DNA of 64,000 nt from Paramecium tetraurelia (lineage: Eukaryota). A model generated the notes under the pieces. The model worked only from the letters and a program-made list of their open reading frames with translations. It did no database searches and was not told where the DNA came from. The translations under genes and the position numbers were made by a program. Where the stretch lies: NCBI GenBank assembly GCA_000165425.1, contig CT868659.1, positions 62,001-126,000 of the forward strand, in the 5' to 3' direction. This document shows, in pieces, positions 15,601 to 27,099 of the stretch; the first letter of the stretch is position 1; the number at the start of each line of letters is the position of its first letter.

Positions 15601-16159
15601 TAAACTTTGAAATTATCTCTCCTTTTAATAGTCCTACACATAAATGCTTATATCCTACATTGACTGCAGTTACATTGCAACACACAAATACGGCTACGAA
15701 AATTGCAAATCCTTCTATCCAAGCCAAGGAACGATGGCCGTCATCTGCTGTAGACACTCCAATTACTATTGAGACGATAGAGGCCACCCAGCAACACTCT
15801 CATTATGAAATCCTATTTAGATTCTATACTAATAATTGAACCTCTAAAGCTTATAAAAGCAATTTTATGTAAGTTTTTGGGGGGACTACAGGTTTCCTAT
15901 TATTCCCAAAAAGAATTTCCCTCTCCTGAAAATCGTCCCCCTTCAAACCCTTCTAAAAGCTGGTGCACAAAGTCATTTCCAAATTTTGTAAACCATTAAT
16001 ATTTTCTAATTCATCAATCTCCTCCGCAAATAGCCGTTCCTGAGCAGCGCTAACTATTTTAATCAGGGATTATTTTGAAATCCTAAAATTGCCGCCCTGA
16101 TGAAATAATTCTTATGAAATAGATAAGTTTTATTCATCTGATAGTACTACTTGCAACAT
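12646..16159 (-). CDS. PMCA: Plasma-membrane-type Ca2+-ATPase (P2B, PMCA); two apparent +1 frameshifts in this sequence
   Basis: [80 protein letters not shown]; extra bases at 15787-15789 and 14894-14897. Confidence 0.93.
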
Positions 16160-16197
16160 CAATATAATTAATATATCGTTAAATTTGAAATTCTTAT

Positions 16198-18066
16198 ATG
16201 ATCTCTGAGTCAATAGTTTATGTTTGGGGAGGTATTGTCACTACTAAACCTTATAGCTGATAACGAAGGATAATTGGGATTGGGCAAGAATCGAGGATCC
16301 TCATAATACTACCATATACCAAAAATTTGTCATTATAAAATCGGCTTTGTCTAGGTTTCTTGTGGCAAGGATCACACGGCCCTTCTCACTTAGAATGGTC
16401 ACGTGTACACCATGGGCTGCAACGAGCACAATAAATTAGGACATGTTACTAAACAGTCTGTGCAAGCCCCTTAAAAAATAGAATAACTGAGCAAGTACAA
16501 TCTTTTATATTAAAAGAGAGTTATACAAGTCTCTTGTGGTTACACTCACACTGCATGTGTTACGTCTGATGGATCCCTTTACACTTGGGGAGACAATTCT
16601 TGTGGTTAATTGGGAGTCAAGTAGAATGGGAATTTGAACAAAGTGAGTGCTTTAACAAATTGTATTCAAGTTTCATGGCGGTAATAAGCATACATTAGTA
16701 TTGACAGGTATTTCTAGCATATAAATAATATAAAAAGAGGCTCAGGAATGTTTTGGATTTGGATTGAACGACAATTCTCAATTGGGAATCTCAAGATTGA
16801 AAACCATTATTGAACCAACAAAAATTAAATTGCCTGCTTTATAACAAGTCAGTGCAGGCAACCTATTTTCGGTGTTCCTAACACAAGATGGAATTGTGTA
16901 CATTTGTGGATTGGGTTTTGGAAATTTATAAAAATTAAACTATAAATGTAAGAAGATTCTACTGATAAATAGAAAAGTTTATTAAGATAGATGGGAAGAG
17001 CACTCCAATCGGTTTGACTTCAACGAACGAATTAATCTTTTTTGAATTAGATGAATAACTTATGAATATCAAAGACTTTTGTATGGGGGACTTAGTTGGA
17101 ATGTGCATAGGAGACAAGGCCTATTAATGGTAGTTTTGATCCAGAATAAAAGAGAATAACTCAATGGTAAAATCGATCGATCAATTATACTCGAAATAGT
17201 TAATACATTTTTCAGCACGGCAATAGTCACTTGATATGCATTGAATAGAAGGGATCCTCATCATTTATTGAAAGTGTTTGCAGTTCAACTACAACTCTTA
17301 GAGGTAAGCACGAAGAAAGGAGCAAAAGCAACTATACGGAGAAACAAGATGGCAGTCAGAGTTTGAGAATTCAACAATTAGAAAAATAATTGGAGGAAAA
17401 AGATAGATTAATCTAGTAAATGAAAGCAGATTACCAATCCAAATTATAGTAGATGCAACAGAAATAAAAGGAAATGGAGGGGAAATTGTAAAGTAAGGAT
17501 TAAGAAATCGCAAGATTGTAATTATCTATATTCAAATTTTTAGGACTAATGAATTGCATCGATTACAAGAGGATCATTAGAACAAGAATTCGGATTCAGA
17601 AATACTGTAATGTCATGTACAAGAGGATGGAAGTGATGAGGAGGAGGATGTCAAAGTCTTGAAGAAATAGACTTCATTGCCTTATTAGTAGCCAAATCTG
17701 ACTTATCATCACTCTTCTCATTCTCAGTTACATAATTATTAAAATCAGTAGTAAGTGAAGAGTCCAGTCAAAGCGATAATCCAAGAAAATAAATTTGAGG
17801 ATAATCCACAAAGAAACAAATTTTGTAAGACTGATCACGATAGGGAGGCTAAGTATTAATCTTTTGAAAAGTTGAAGAAGAAGGAAGTTCTAAATGAGAG
17901 ACCTCAAAGTTCCATTAGGGAGAAGACGAATAACAACAATGAGAAGGCAAATCTTTCTACGATTAAATTAAGATTAACAGATTTACAGAAAAATAAAGAG
18001 TAACTTGAATAGAGAATGAGATAGTTTGAGGATCGTCTTAGAGAAAATAAACTATATACAAAGTGA
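16198..18066 (+). CDS. RCC1-repeat protein with coiled-coil C-terminus (one apparent +1 frameshift)
   Basis: VYVWG...NEGQLGLG, VSCGKDHT, VSCGYTHTAC, YTWGDNSCGQLG, FGLNDNSQLG; intron 16232-16256; extra G at 16677-16678. Confidence 0.85.
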
Positions 18067-18091
18067 TTAGATATATAATAATTAGTATATT

Positions 18092-18412
18092 TCATTCTGA
18101 TTACTTTCTTTCAATTTTTTTCTATATAAAACTAAGGAATGTATAAGAAATGTTCTCGCTGTAAGTTCTTTATCTGTTTTAAGATTGGCCGTACGGGAGA
18201 ACTTTCTTTTGATCCTACTATTCTTTGATTTCTGGAAAGAGAGTCTCCAGATTGTCTGTTGTGGTAGCATCGCTGAGGAGATCCAAGTCATCCATCGCAA
18301 GATCTGGATTTAGTTTTGGTTTTAGGGAAGGCTTTTTCGGTTCTTTTTCAAAAATACTCACATATTCCTCGTAAGTCATAGAAGAATTCAATCTCTTTTT
18401 TGATTCTGCCAT
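18092..18412 (-). CDS. Small hypothetical protein (106 aa)
   Basis: MAESKKRLNSSMTYEEYVSIFEKEP... open in code 6 to TGA 18092-18094. Confidence 0.6.
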
Positions 18413-18590
18413 ATTATTTATATTATTCAAAATCCATTTTATTAAATAGGGATTTGAATGATACTATTAATTTAGTTTATTAATGTTATACATAATTTTA
18501 CTTACAAAAAGTATTGGAATAAAAACAATTTAATTTTAATGAAGAAATAGAAGTTTTTATATGTGATAAATTAATACTGGGAATGGTATA

Positions 18591-18964
18591 TCATCTTCTT
18601 GGTAAACGAGTGACTTTATTCTTCTTCTTTCTTTTAAAATTTGGATCGTTTTTCTCCATTCCTGCTTTCACCTTCTTTGATTTTGAAATGGATTCATCCA
18701 CTAATAAATTATCAATTTATAAATTCTCAGACAAATGGAAGTATCTAATATTATTTCCTATGTAATGATAGTCAGCAAACCTCTAATAGTCAATTGATCC
18801 AATCCCACAGGATTCTTTCCTTTCAATGTCAATTTCACTTTGCTTAAATGCGTATTCATTCTAACATCAACTCCAGTGATTGTTCCTAAAACAACGGTCC
18901 CATTTTTTAATTCTACAATGACCTGCTCATTCTTGAGCTTCATCAGAAACCTGACTAATTTCAT
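18591..18964 (-). CDS. SNRPD1: Small nuclear ribonucleoprotein Sm D1
   Basis: [40 protein letters not shown]...TIRG/NNIRYF after splicing a 23-nt intron at 18758-18780. Confidence 0.96.
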
Positions 18965-19015
18965 TTATTATTTAATAATAAAAATAATAATTATTTGTTT
19001 TTACAATAATTCATC

Positions 19016-22000
19016 TCAATTAACTTTTAATTTTCCCTTGCCACTCTTTAACTAATTGTATTATTGATTATTTACCACGATAGGTTTAATAACTAAGATA
19101 GCTATGCTTCTCCATGCAACACTTCCAATTCCTACTGCAACGCAAACACACCTACATGGTAAACATTCAATAATACCATTATTTAAGGCTTAAACCATCG
19201 AATGTATCCAAAACAGATCCTCCATATTCTACAATTACAAACTGAATAACTCCTATCAGTAAAATTGCAATGAAACTAATCCAAGATCTAAAGAACCCAT
19301 GAACGACATTAACTTCTAAGTATACCATACGTGAATTAATCAAATTAAAGATTGTTGTCATAACATATATATTGAATACCATCAAGGGCTAAATAATTTC
19401 AATGTTAAATACTTGATTCACAAATAAGATACATACTGCAATCAAATATACTGAAAGTATGGAGCTGTGGATTTAAACATTTTCATCCATTATGAATCCA
19501 CTTTTATTAGGAGGTTTTTAGTATATTAACTATGAATTCGGTTTACAATAAGATAAAGCAAATGTAGCAAATAAGTCGTTAAATAAATGAATCCATATTA
19601 ATTAAAGTGGTGATATCGCAGGTTCTCCAAAAGCTACTGAGACTATTAAAATCATAAACAATGCAAAATAGGATGCAATCAAATATTGAACTATTCTTTT
19701 AATTGAATCAATGAGATTTCTAGCAAATATAAGTCCCTTATAAACAGAATTAATATTGTCATCCAATAGGATAATCCCTGAAGCTTCTCTATCAATTTCA
19801 GTTCCTCCAATTCCCAAACTAAACCCTACATCAGCCTTAGTTAAAATAGGAACTTTAATTTAAATTATATTGATATTTACCATTATTTTCACCATCACAG
19901 CAGGCTCCTACTACGTGACCAAAATACTACAATTCCTATACAAGATTGTATTTATCCTTTGGTCTTGCTCCGCTAAGAACATGAATATCTTCGATTTCTT
20001 TTTTGGAATTTTCTGCCTTTCTATTAAATCTTTCAGAAAAATCACTCCCCTCTATTACAGTAGAATCGTTTAACATAATTCCTGCTTTGATAGCGAAATT
20101 CTTTGCACTAATAGAGTCATTTCCTGCGGTTAAAATCACTTTAACTCCAGCTTATCTCAATCCTTAAATAGCTGATTTTGTTTCATATCTCAATGGATCC
20201 ACAAAAAGCAAGAAACCTAATAATGTCAAATCCTATCTATCATATTCAAATTGATTATTTTCTATCAATTCTTTTACATTTTCATTTTATAATTCCACAT
20301 CCCTATATGCTATTCCCATAATGCTTCCTTATTGACCCAATTCAAACATAAGCTATTCTATATTATTCTTTAAAACATCATCAATAGCAACAATTCCATT
20401 TTTCAAACTATAAAATTTAGTTGATGAATTAAGGATATGTTCACCTGATCCTCTTACAGCAACTTTATTATTATTAATAATGATTGTCTAATCATTCACA
20501 AATGAATATATACTTGCATTTTTCTAGCATTACTAAAAGGAATTCTATGTGTCACTTATTGTACTCTTTCACTTAAATTGAGTTATATTTTTTTGGAGAA
20601 TTCAAACAATGCTTTTTCAATTCTACTCCCAGAATCAGTATTTGGATCATAGTAATTATTAATGAAACATGAATCAACCAAAGCCTATTAGAATTATTGT
20701 GGATATAGATTAAATTAGGATGTAGTAAACTATTCCATTGTATCATTCATAATACTATCTACAAGAATTCTATTTTGTGTTAGAATGCTTGTTTAATCAA
20801 CAACTACCTTATTGATAAATAATATTAAATTACTGTATCCATAAATGCTAGGTTCTCTAATTTCTATAACCTTCTAACTAAGTTTTATTAATATAGCATC
20901 ATTTATACGGCCTCACTCATTTGAATTTAGAAATGAGTAAATATTGTTTCATATGCTTTTCCAGTTTTTAAAGCTATGATTAAGTTGAGTATATTTGCAA
21001 ACATACTATATCTATTAATATTCTATTCACCATATTAGAGAATGAATCGAGCTAGCAACATGATGATTATAATTATAAGTCCAATAAATCCTATTCTTTC
21101 CATTTTATTCGAAATATTTCGAATTTCTCTTGTAATTGGTGGTTATTACTCTTCTTATTCAGTCGAAATTAGTATTTTATTAACTTATGCCTCTGAACCA
21201 ACTGCTAAAACTAATAATTTTCCACATCCCTATACTACTCGACTTCCTGCATAGACTAAATGTTTCTAAGGTGAAATTGGCTATTAGGATTAAATAGTTT
21301 CTTCCAATGTAACTTTTTGAACCGGCTCTTCTTCCCCTGTTAAGTAGCTTTGCTAAAATAAAGATGATCACCATTTCTTACATCAACATATAAATTATGC
21401 TATTCAACAATTAATCCATCAACATAAATTTTGTCAGTCTCTTATAAAATAACAATGTCTCCCACTACCAGATTTCTTGCCATGATTCTTCTCAATTCCC
21501 GATTTCTCAACACAACTGTAAACTTAGTTTATTCATCCAAAATTTATATTTATTTCTATTTTTCTTCATCAGTTTTAAACTAAATTTAAAAATTGATATT
21601 TTACCTGAGAAACAGACACCATAAGAGTTAAGCAAATTAATCCAAATATAATTAAACTTTCAATCCATTCATTTGTGTAAATTCCATCAGTTGACAAATA
21701 AGTTAATATCATTGAAATTATCGACAAGGAAAAGAAGATCATTGATTTTGGTTTCTAAGTTTATAGAATTATGTACGAATAGAATTATCCATAATGCTTT
21801 CATTCTACTTATGCAAACTTAATTTTATTGCCTATTCTCTCCAAATTCCAATCGTCTCAACAACACTCCATCATTACTTAATCCGCATTCAATATTACAT
21901 TTCAAAGAATCTTCAAAGCACTTGGTAGAATTGAACTCACCCATACTATCTTAATTATCCTAAGTTAATCCAGATGCTAATATTTGTTACAATTTTTCTT

Positions 22001-22016
22001 TAGATATAGTAAACAT
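19016..22016 (-). CDS. Highly divergent PMCA-like P-type ATPase with degenerate catalytic and ion-binding motifs
   Basis: Colinear with P2B pumps (RRLEFGEN, VVGDIV, DQSYLTGEE, FVDPLR, ARPKDKYNLV, KADVGFSLGIGGTE, FNLINSR) but DKTGT reads DQTSI and PEGLP is absent. Confidence 0.85.
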
Positions 22017-22081
22017 AAATAATTTAAAATAATCTAAAATGATAAATTAATCAAAACGTTTTTATTGAACTCAATAATGAT

Positions 22082-23348
22082 ATGAAATTTTCATGTGTCT
22101 ATTTTAGCTATTCTCAACCTTGAAATACACTTAACAATTTAAATCCTTTAGAAATAAATAAATTGCTTTATTTAGACATAAAGCTCTAAAACATAAGTGG
22201 TATTAGATCATTTTTTAGTTATTATTGATGATTAACATAAAAATAAATGTGTTTCGATTGGGAATAATCTTCCCACCATATTTATTTAATTAGTTGATTG
22301 TCGGAATATGTGTCTCAACTCTAAAATACACTGATTAATCCTATCATTATTATGATAGAAAAATTTGAGGAAAAAATGTTGAATGTGTTGATAAAAGTTG
22401 AAAATAGAAGATATTTTAGATTCGAAAATAGTATGGCAATTTATTTTCTTCTGAAATATTGGATTAGTTTTTAAATTAAATAATTAAATGAGTACTATTG
22501 ATTCAATAAGTCTTATGATTGGATTAAATGAAATAGCCATCACTAAACAAAGATTAATAAAAAGGCTTATTGTACTTTATCTAGAGGGTTTGGGATTAAA
22601 ATTTCGCACAGAATCAATTAAGAAGTAGGATCAGTATTTTTAGAAGAATTTCTCATTTAATATCAATCTAAACTAATTACAGGTGAAAAGTTAATGATGG
22701 GTTATCTCTATTTCTATATTATTAAATATAATAATGTAAACACATCACTTGCTTGCCACTCTTAGAATTGAAAAACCAACTTAAAAGCCATAATTCTTGA
22801 AAATTCTGCAGGATCACATGATTGTGAATTGCAGCAATGATTAAATTGATTAGGTTTGGGAACATTGTCAAGAAAAAGAATGTCAATAAGTTATAGAAGT
22901 TTTACAACAACAGAGAATGAAAAGCATTTCTTTAAATTCTCAAAAATATAAACGAAATTACAACCCCTAGTTGAAATATTCGATAAAATGGACAACGTCA
23001 GAAAAGGAGAAGGTAATGAAAAAGAAATTAATAAATAATTGATTGCCTTGAAATTGAGGCTGAACGTAAATTAAAAGATTTCATTAATGAATCCTGTTTA
23101 GGCTGTAGCTTTACACAAGTTTTATAGGAAAAGATAGTTGAATTTCAGGGAGAAAAAAATAAATTAAATGAGGAATAAGGCAACAAGAAAGCTTAGCAAA
23201 GATTGATTGAACGACAAAAGATTAGGTCTAAAAAATTAGAGTAATAAATCTAATTCGTCCTGCACAACGACTACACCAAAGCAAGAGCATAGGCAATCTA
23301 TACAAAATTGCTAAATACTTCAGTTACTAGATATAAATCAACATTGAA
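22082..23348 (+). pseudogene. Decayed coding-like tract, probable pseudogene
   Basis: Long protein-like stretches (e.g. LNVNQKISLMNPVQAVALHKFYRKR) broken by in-frame TGA (e.g. AAAGAT-TGA-TTG near 23204) and frame changes; boundaries approximate. Confidence 0.4.
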
Positions 23349-23411
23349 TGATACATATGAATAAAGAATAAATCAAATAATGAACACTAAGTTTTTATTA
23401 TGAACACTTAA

Positions 23412-24832
23412 TCATTCAATAATGTGATCGCTGCCATTTCTTGATTTTTTATTAATTTCATCAAAAGAAGGAAAGTAATTTGACCCCAAGCTTTACTCAA
23501 AACTAGGTTGACTTCCTCTAATAACCTGAATCTTGATATCCGCAATATTTTCATTAGAGTTAGTGATCTACATAGGTTTGATATGTGGAAATGTTCTCAC
23601 GACTTCATGTGGGCTTTCATCTGCTACTCCTAAGTCTCCTATTGAGAAAGTGACAGACCATGATACCTTAAATAGATTCTTCAAAAAACGGGTGTAAGAG
23701 AGCCTGTTCTGGAGAAATTCGCTTATTGGGATCCTTTTGCAACATCTATTTCAACAAGTCTAAGATCTCATTAGAGCAGCACTTAAGATGGTTGTTGCAC
23801 TTAAATCTCTTGTTGTTTTCAAGAATTTCATCGCTATTATTACCACTAAATAAGGATCTTCGACTCAGGAGCTTATAAAATATAGCACCTAAACTAAACA
23901 TGTCAACTTTTGTGGTATATGGATATTTATCAATGAACATTTCTGGTGCTATGTATCCAGGAGTCCCACATAATTGACGATTAGGAGTAGATAAGGGGAT
24001 GGCTAGCCCAAAATCAATGATCTTAACTGTCTCCACATTATTTGCTTCAAGAAGCACTAGGTTTTCTAATTTTAGATCTCTGTGAATGATGTTGAGAAAA
24101 TTCAAATAACATAATGCTTTCAGACATCTCTAATGATTCGTTATGATAAATACGCTCATCACTGCCTTAATTTGAGAAATGTTCAATTATGCCTTTTTGA
24201 TGAATGAGTAGAGGGTTTCACCTTTGAGCAATTCCATTATGATGTAGTATGACTTGTCCCCTTCATAAATATCGACCATTTTAACAATTGAATCATGCTC
24301 GATCAATCTCATCAACTCTATTTCTTGCAGCAAACGATTCTTTGATATTTAAATTCTTATACATATCTTTCTTTGTCTTCCCTTTTAAAAATATAATCTT
24401 TTCTGATGCATTTTGATGCAAATTCGTAATGAGTTATCTTATTGAAAACCTTATAAACTTTGCATGACGCCCCAGCTCCAAGCATTTCCTTACTTTCGTA
24501 TATTGCTGATATATTTCCAAAGAATATGCGAGTGTGTAATTCTCTATATAATGCTTCTAGATCATTCTTCTCGGCATGAAACCATTTCAGGACTTTATTA
24601 TACTTCATACCAAATGCAATTAACTAATTTTATTCAGTTTTCCAAAACACTAAATTTTGGAATGTTAAATCAAGGATGTACTTAGCTTAGTGAAAGTTTG
24701 CTGACTCTTTTAGTGTGAAATTTTTCTTACTTGCGATATTTAAATGCGATTATCATCAATTAGAAGATGATAATGTTTGTCTTTCAGGAAATGCTTGCGT
24801 TAGCAATGAATTTAAAAGGAATTTTGATCCAT
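23412..24832 (-). CDS. Ser/Thr protein kinase (CAMK-like, with the N-terminal PH-like extension typical of expanded Paramecium kinases)
   Basis: LGAGASCKV, FASK, IIHRDLKLENL, KIIDFGLA, CGTPGYIAPE, VDMFSLG; short introns. Confidence 0.93.
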
Positions 24833-25079
24833 TTATTATAACATTATTATTTATAAATAATTTTAAATACATTAAAATCTCCTAACTCAAATTATATCAA
24901 ACCATTCAAAATTAGAATATTCACAATACATGCAGATGTATAATAATTAATGATTTAAGTTCTTTTTTTATTTTAGATTTGGATAGATTTTTCATTTATT
25001 TATCAAAATTCAAATAATAATTTATAATAAAGTTTTAAAAATAATAATTATGTACTTTTATTTATTATATGTCACTTGA

Positions 25080-26051
25080 TCATCCAATTAAATAGCTTAA
25101 TTCATAGTCAGCTTTCAATGATTGATCAACCACAGTTTTATTATTTTTATGATACTCTTCAATATCTACTAATTTATCTCCAACAACTTAATCATAACCA
25201 GTGTTCTCTAAAGCCTTGTAATTTGCAATCAATTTGGTTAAGTTAATGTATGAGGGACAATATAATTGTTGTCCAACAATGCAGTTATTGGTGGGATGAA
25301 TGATCTAATTGATTTTATGATAAATAAATTACCTTTTCGATGAAGGAACTATTGAGTTAAGCTTTATAACTGTTTCCAAGGCTGTCCTCAATTAAATGAA
25401 TAATAGACTTGAAATCTATATGCTTATGTCCTTTAGCCAAGAGCAATTTACCAGCATGATCGCCAGCAAGTACTCTTGCAACAATTGCCTCTAAGTCTCC
25501 AGTGAAGATTGGGGCACATGATTGGCCTGTGCTTTTGAAATAAATGCTTTATCCATTATAAATTCTTTAAGCAATTTTATTAGTAAATGTGCTCTGAGGT
25601 CCAAAAGTAATATCAGATCTGATACCTACCAATTGAGGAATGGAGCGACGGCCTTCAACTTCTAAATGTTTCCATTCATCGATCTCTTCCTAATGATCAT
25701 GTGCACGACTGGAGCCACATAAGCCACAGTTTTGTAATTTCTAGTCTTGGCCAAATCTAGAGTGGCCACCAACAAGTTTTTCTTTGAGGCTGTAACTTAG
25801 TAATAGTCATGGCTCACATAAAGGAGGTTGTTGGCTTATTTGATTACATCATGGAGATCTTGACGATCACCCACTTTGAACAACTCTATCTTGGTTGAGA
25901 ATTATTGCTTGAATTTAAGTAATCTTTGAACTGTGAAGTATGTTGGGAAGATATCAGCACAAATGATCTTCTCATACTTACCACTCTCAGCAGCTACTTT
26001 TAAGAATCCTTAAGCAATTCTATTGCTTGCATTTAGAAGCAAAAGAGACAT
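25080..26051 (-). CDS. NmrA/atypical SDR Rossmann-fold protein; probable ciliate mitochondrial respiratory-complex accessory subunit
   Basis: MSLLLLNASNRIAQGFLKVAAESGKYEKIICADIFP...LYVSHDYY...IRSDITFGP...CAPIFTGDL; resembles, from memory and not searched, the NmrA-domain subunit of Tetrahymena complex II. Confidence 0.7.
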
Positions 26052-26110
26052 ATCAAATAAAAAATTATATTTAGGATTTAATATCTAAGTAAATTTATAT
26101 ATGCGTAATC

Positions 26111-26769
26111 TCAAAATCCTCCACTCTTTCTTGATCGTATTAAGTAACACTTGAATTCATCTACTAACTTAGTCAGTTATTGAGCCTCTCTTTGCTTCTG
26201 CAATTTCTGTTCTCGTTAAATTTAGAATTGTTTCTATCGCTAATCGAAGTTTTAAAAATTATGAACCTTCTTTGGTGTATGATGAGGATTCAATAGAGTT
26301 TGTTGTCTAATCAATATATATAATCATACATATGACGAATGAATGAGTCATCATCCAAATTATCCAACTCACTTTTAGGAGCTATCTTGACTTGAACTGT
26401 ATTTTGTTAAATACTCAACACAGGTTACCTTTTATTATTGTTTCTTCTTTCCATTTCGTCAACCACTTTTTACACTATGATGTCAACATACTTATCTTAA
26501 TCAATGCTAGAAAGTGAATTGTTGTTTGAACAAACACTAGGAGTCTTTGATATTTTTAAATAAGGTTGTCTATTTTCCTTTGCTTCTTTATTTGGCGATT
26601 TTAGGAACACTTCCTTAACATTGATATCATCTTATCTTTCAACAATAATTGATGAATTGCTTTCCTCAGTACTAGTCTATTTATCTCGTTTCTAATCTTT
26701 CTAACAATTATGGAATTATTTAATGAATTGTCTAACCTCTGGACTAACAGAATCTCTGTAATGTTTCAT
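26111..26769 (-). CDS. Hypothetical protein
   Basis: MKHYRDSVSPEVRQFIKQFHNC... open code-6 frame with one short intron near 26307-26330, TGA 26111-26113. Confidence 0.6.
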
Positions 26770-27099
26770 ATCAGTTAATTATTTGTTATTAATTATAAAA
26801 TAGTAGTAAAATTCATCTCAATTATCTTGCCAACTTAATTGCCTTTTTTCTAATTTTTTATGACTTTTGGGCTTTCATAAATTCCCTAGATTTTTCTCTT
26901 TTTTATTTTATTATTATGTTTAACTTCTTTTAATCAGCTATGATATAATTACAGAAATGAAAATCCAATTGATTTGATTCATCTTCTTCAGTTTTCATTA
27001 TTTGGTTGAAGGTAATCTCTCTGAAATGAAATTTATCAAAAATTATTAAACCACTACAATATTATTATTAGGAATAATGATATTATAATAATATATCTT

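Noticed and set aside
22082..23348. In-frame TGA as selenocysteine or Trp recoding in the decayed tracts
   Set aside because: Accompanied by frame shifts, no redox motif or SECIS seen, and TGA is the stop in all intact genes
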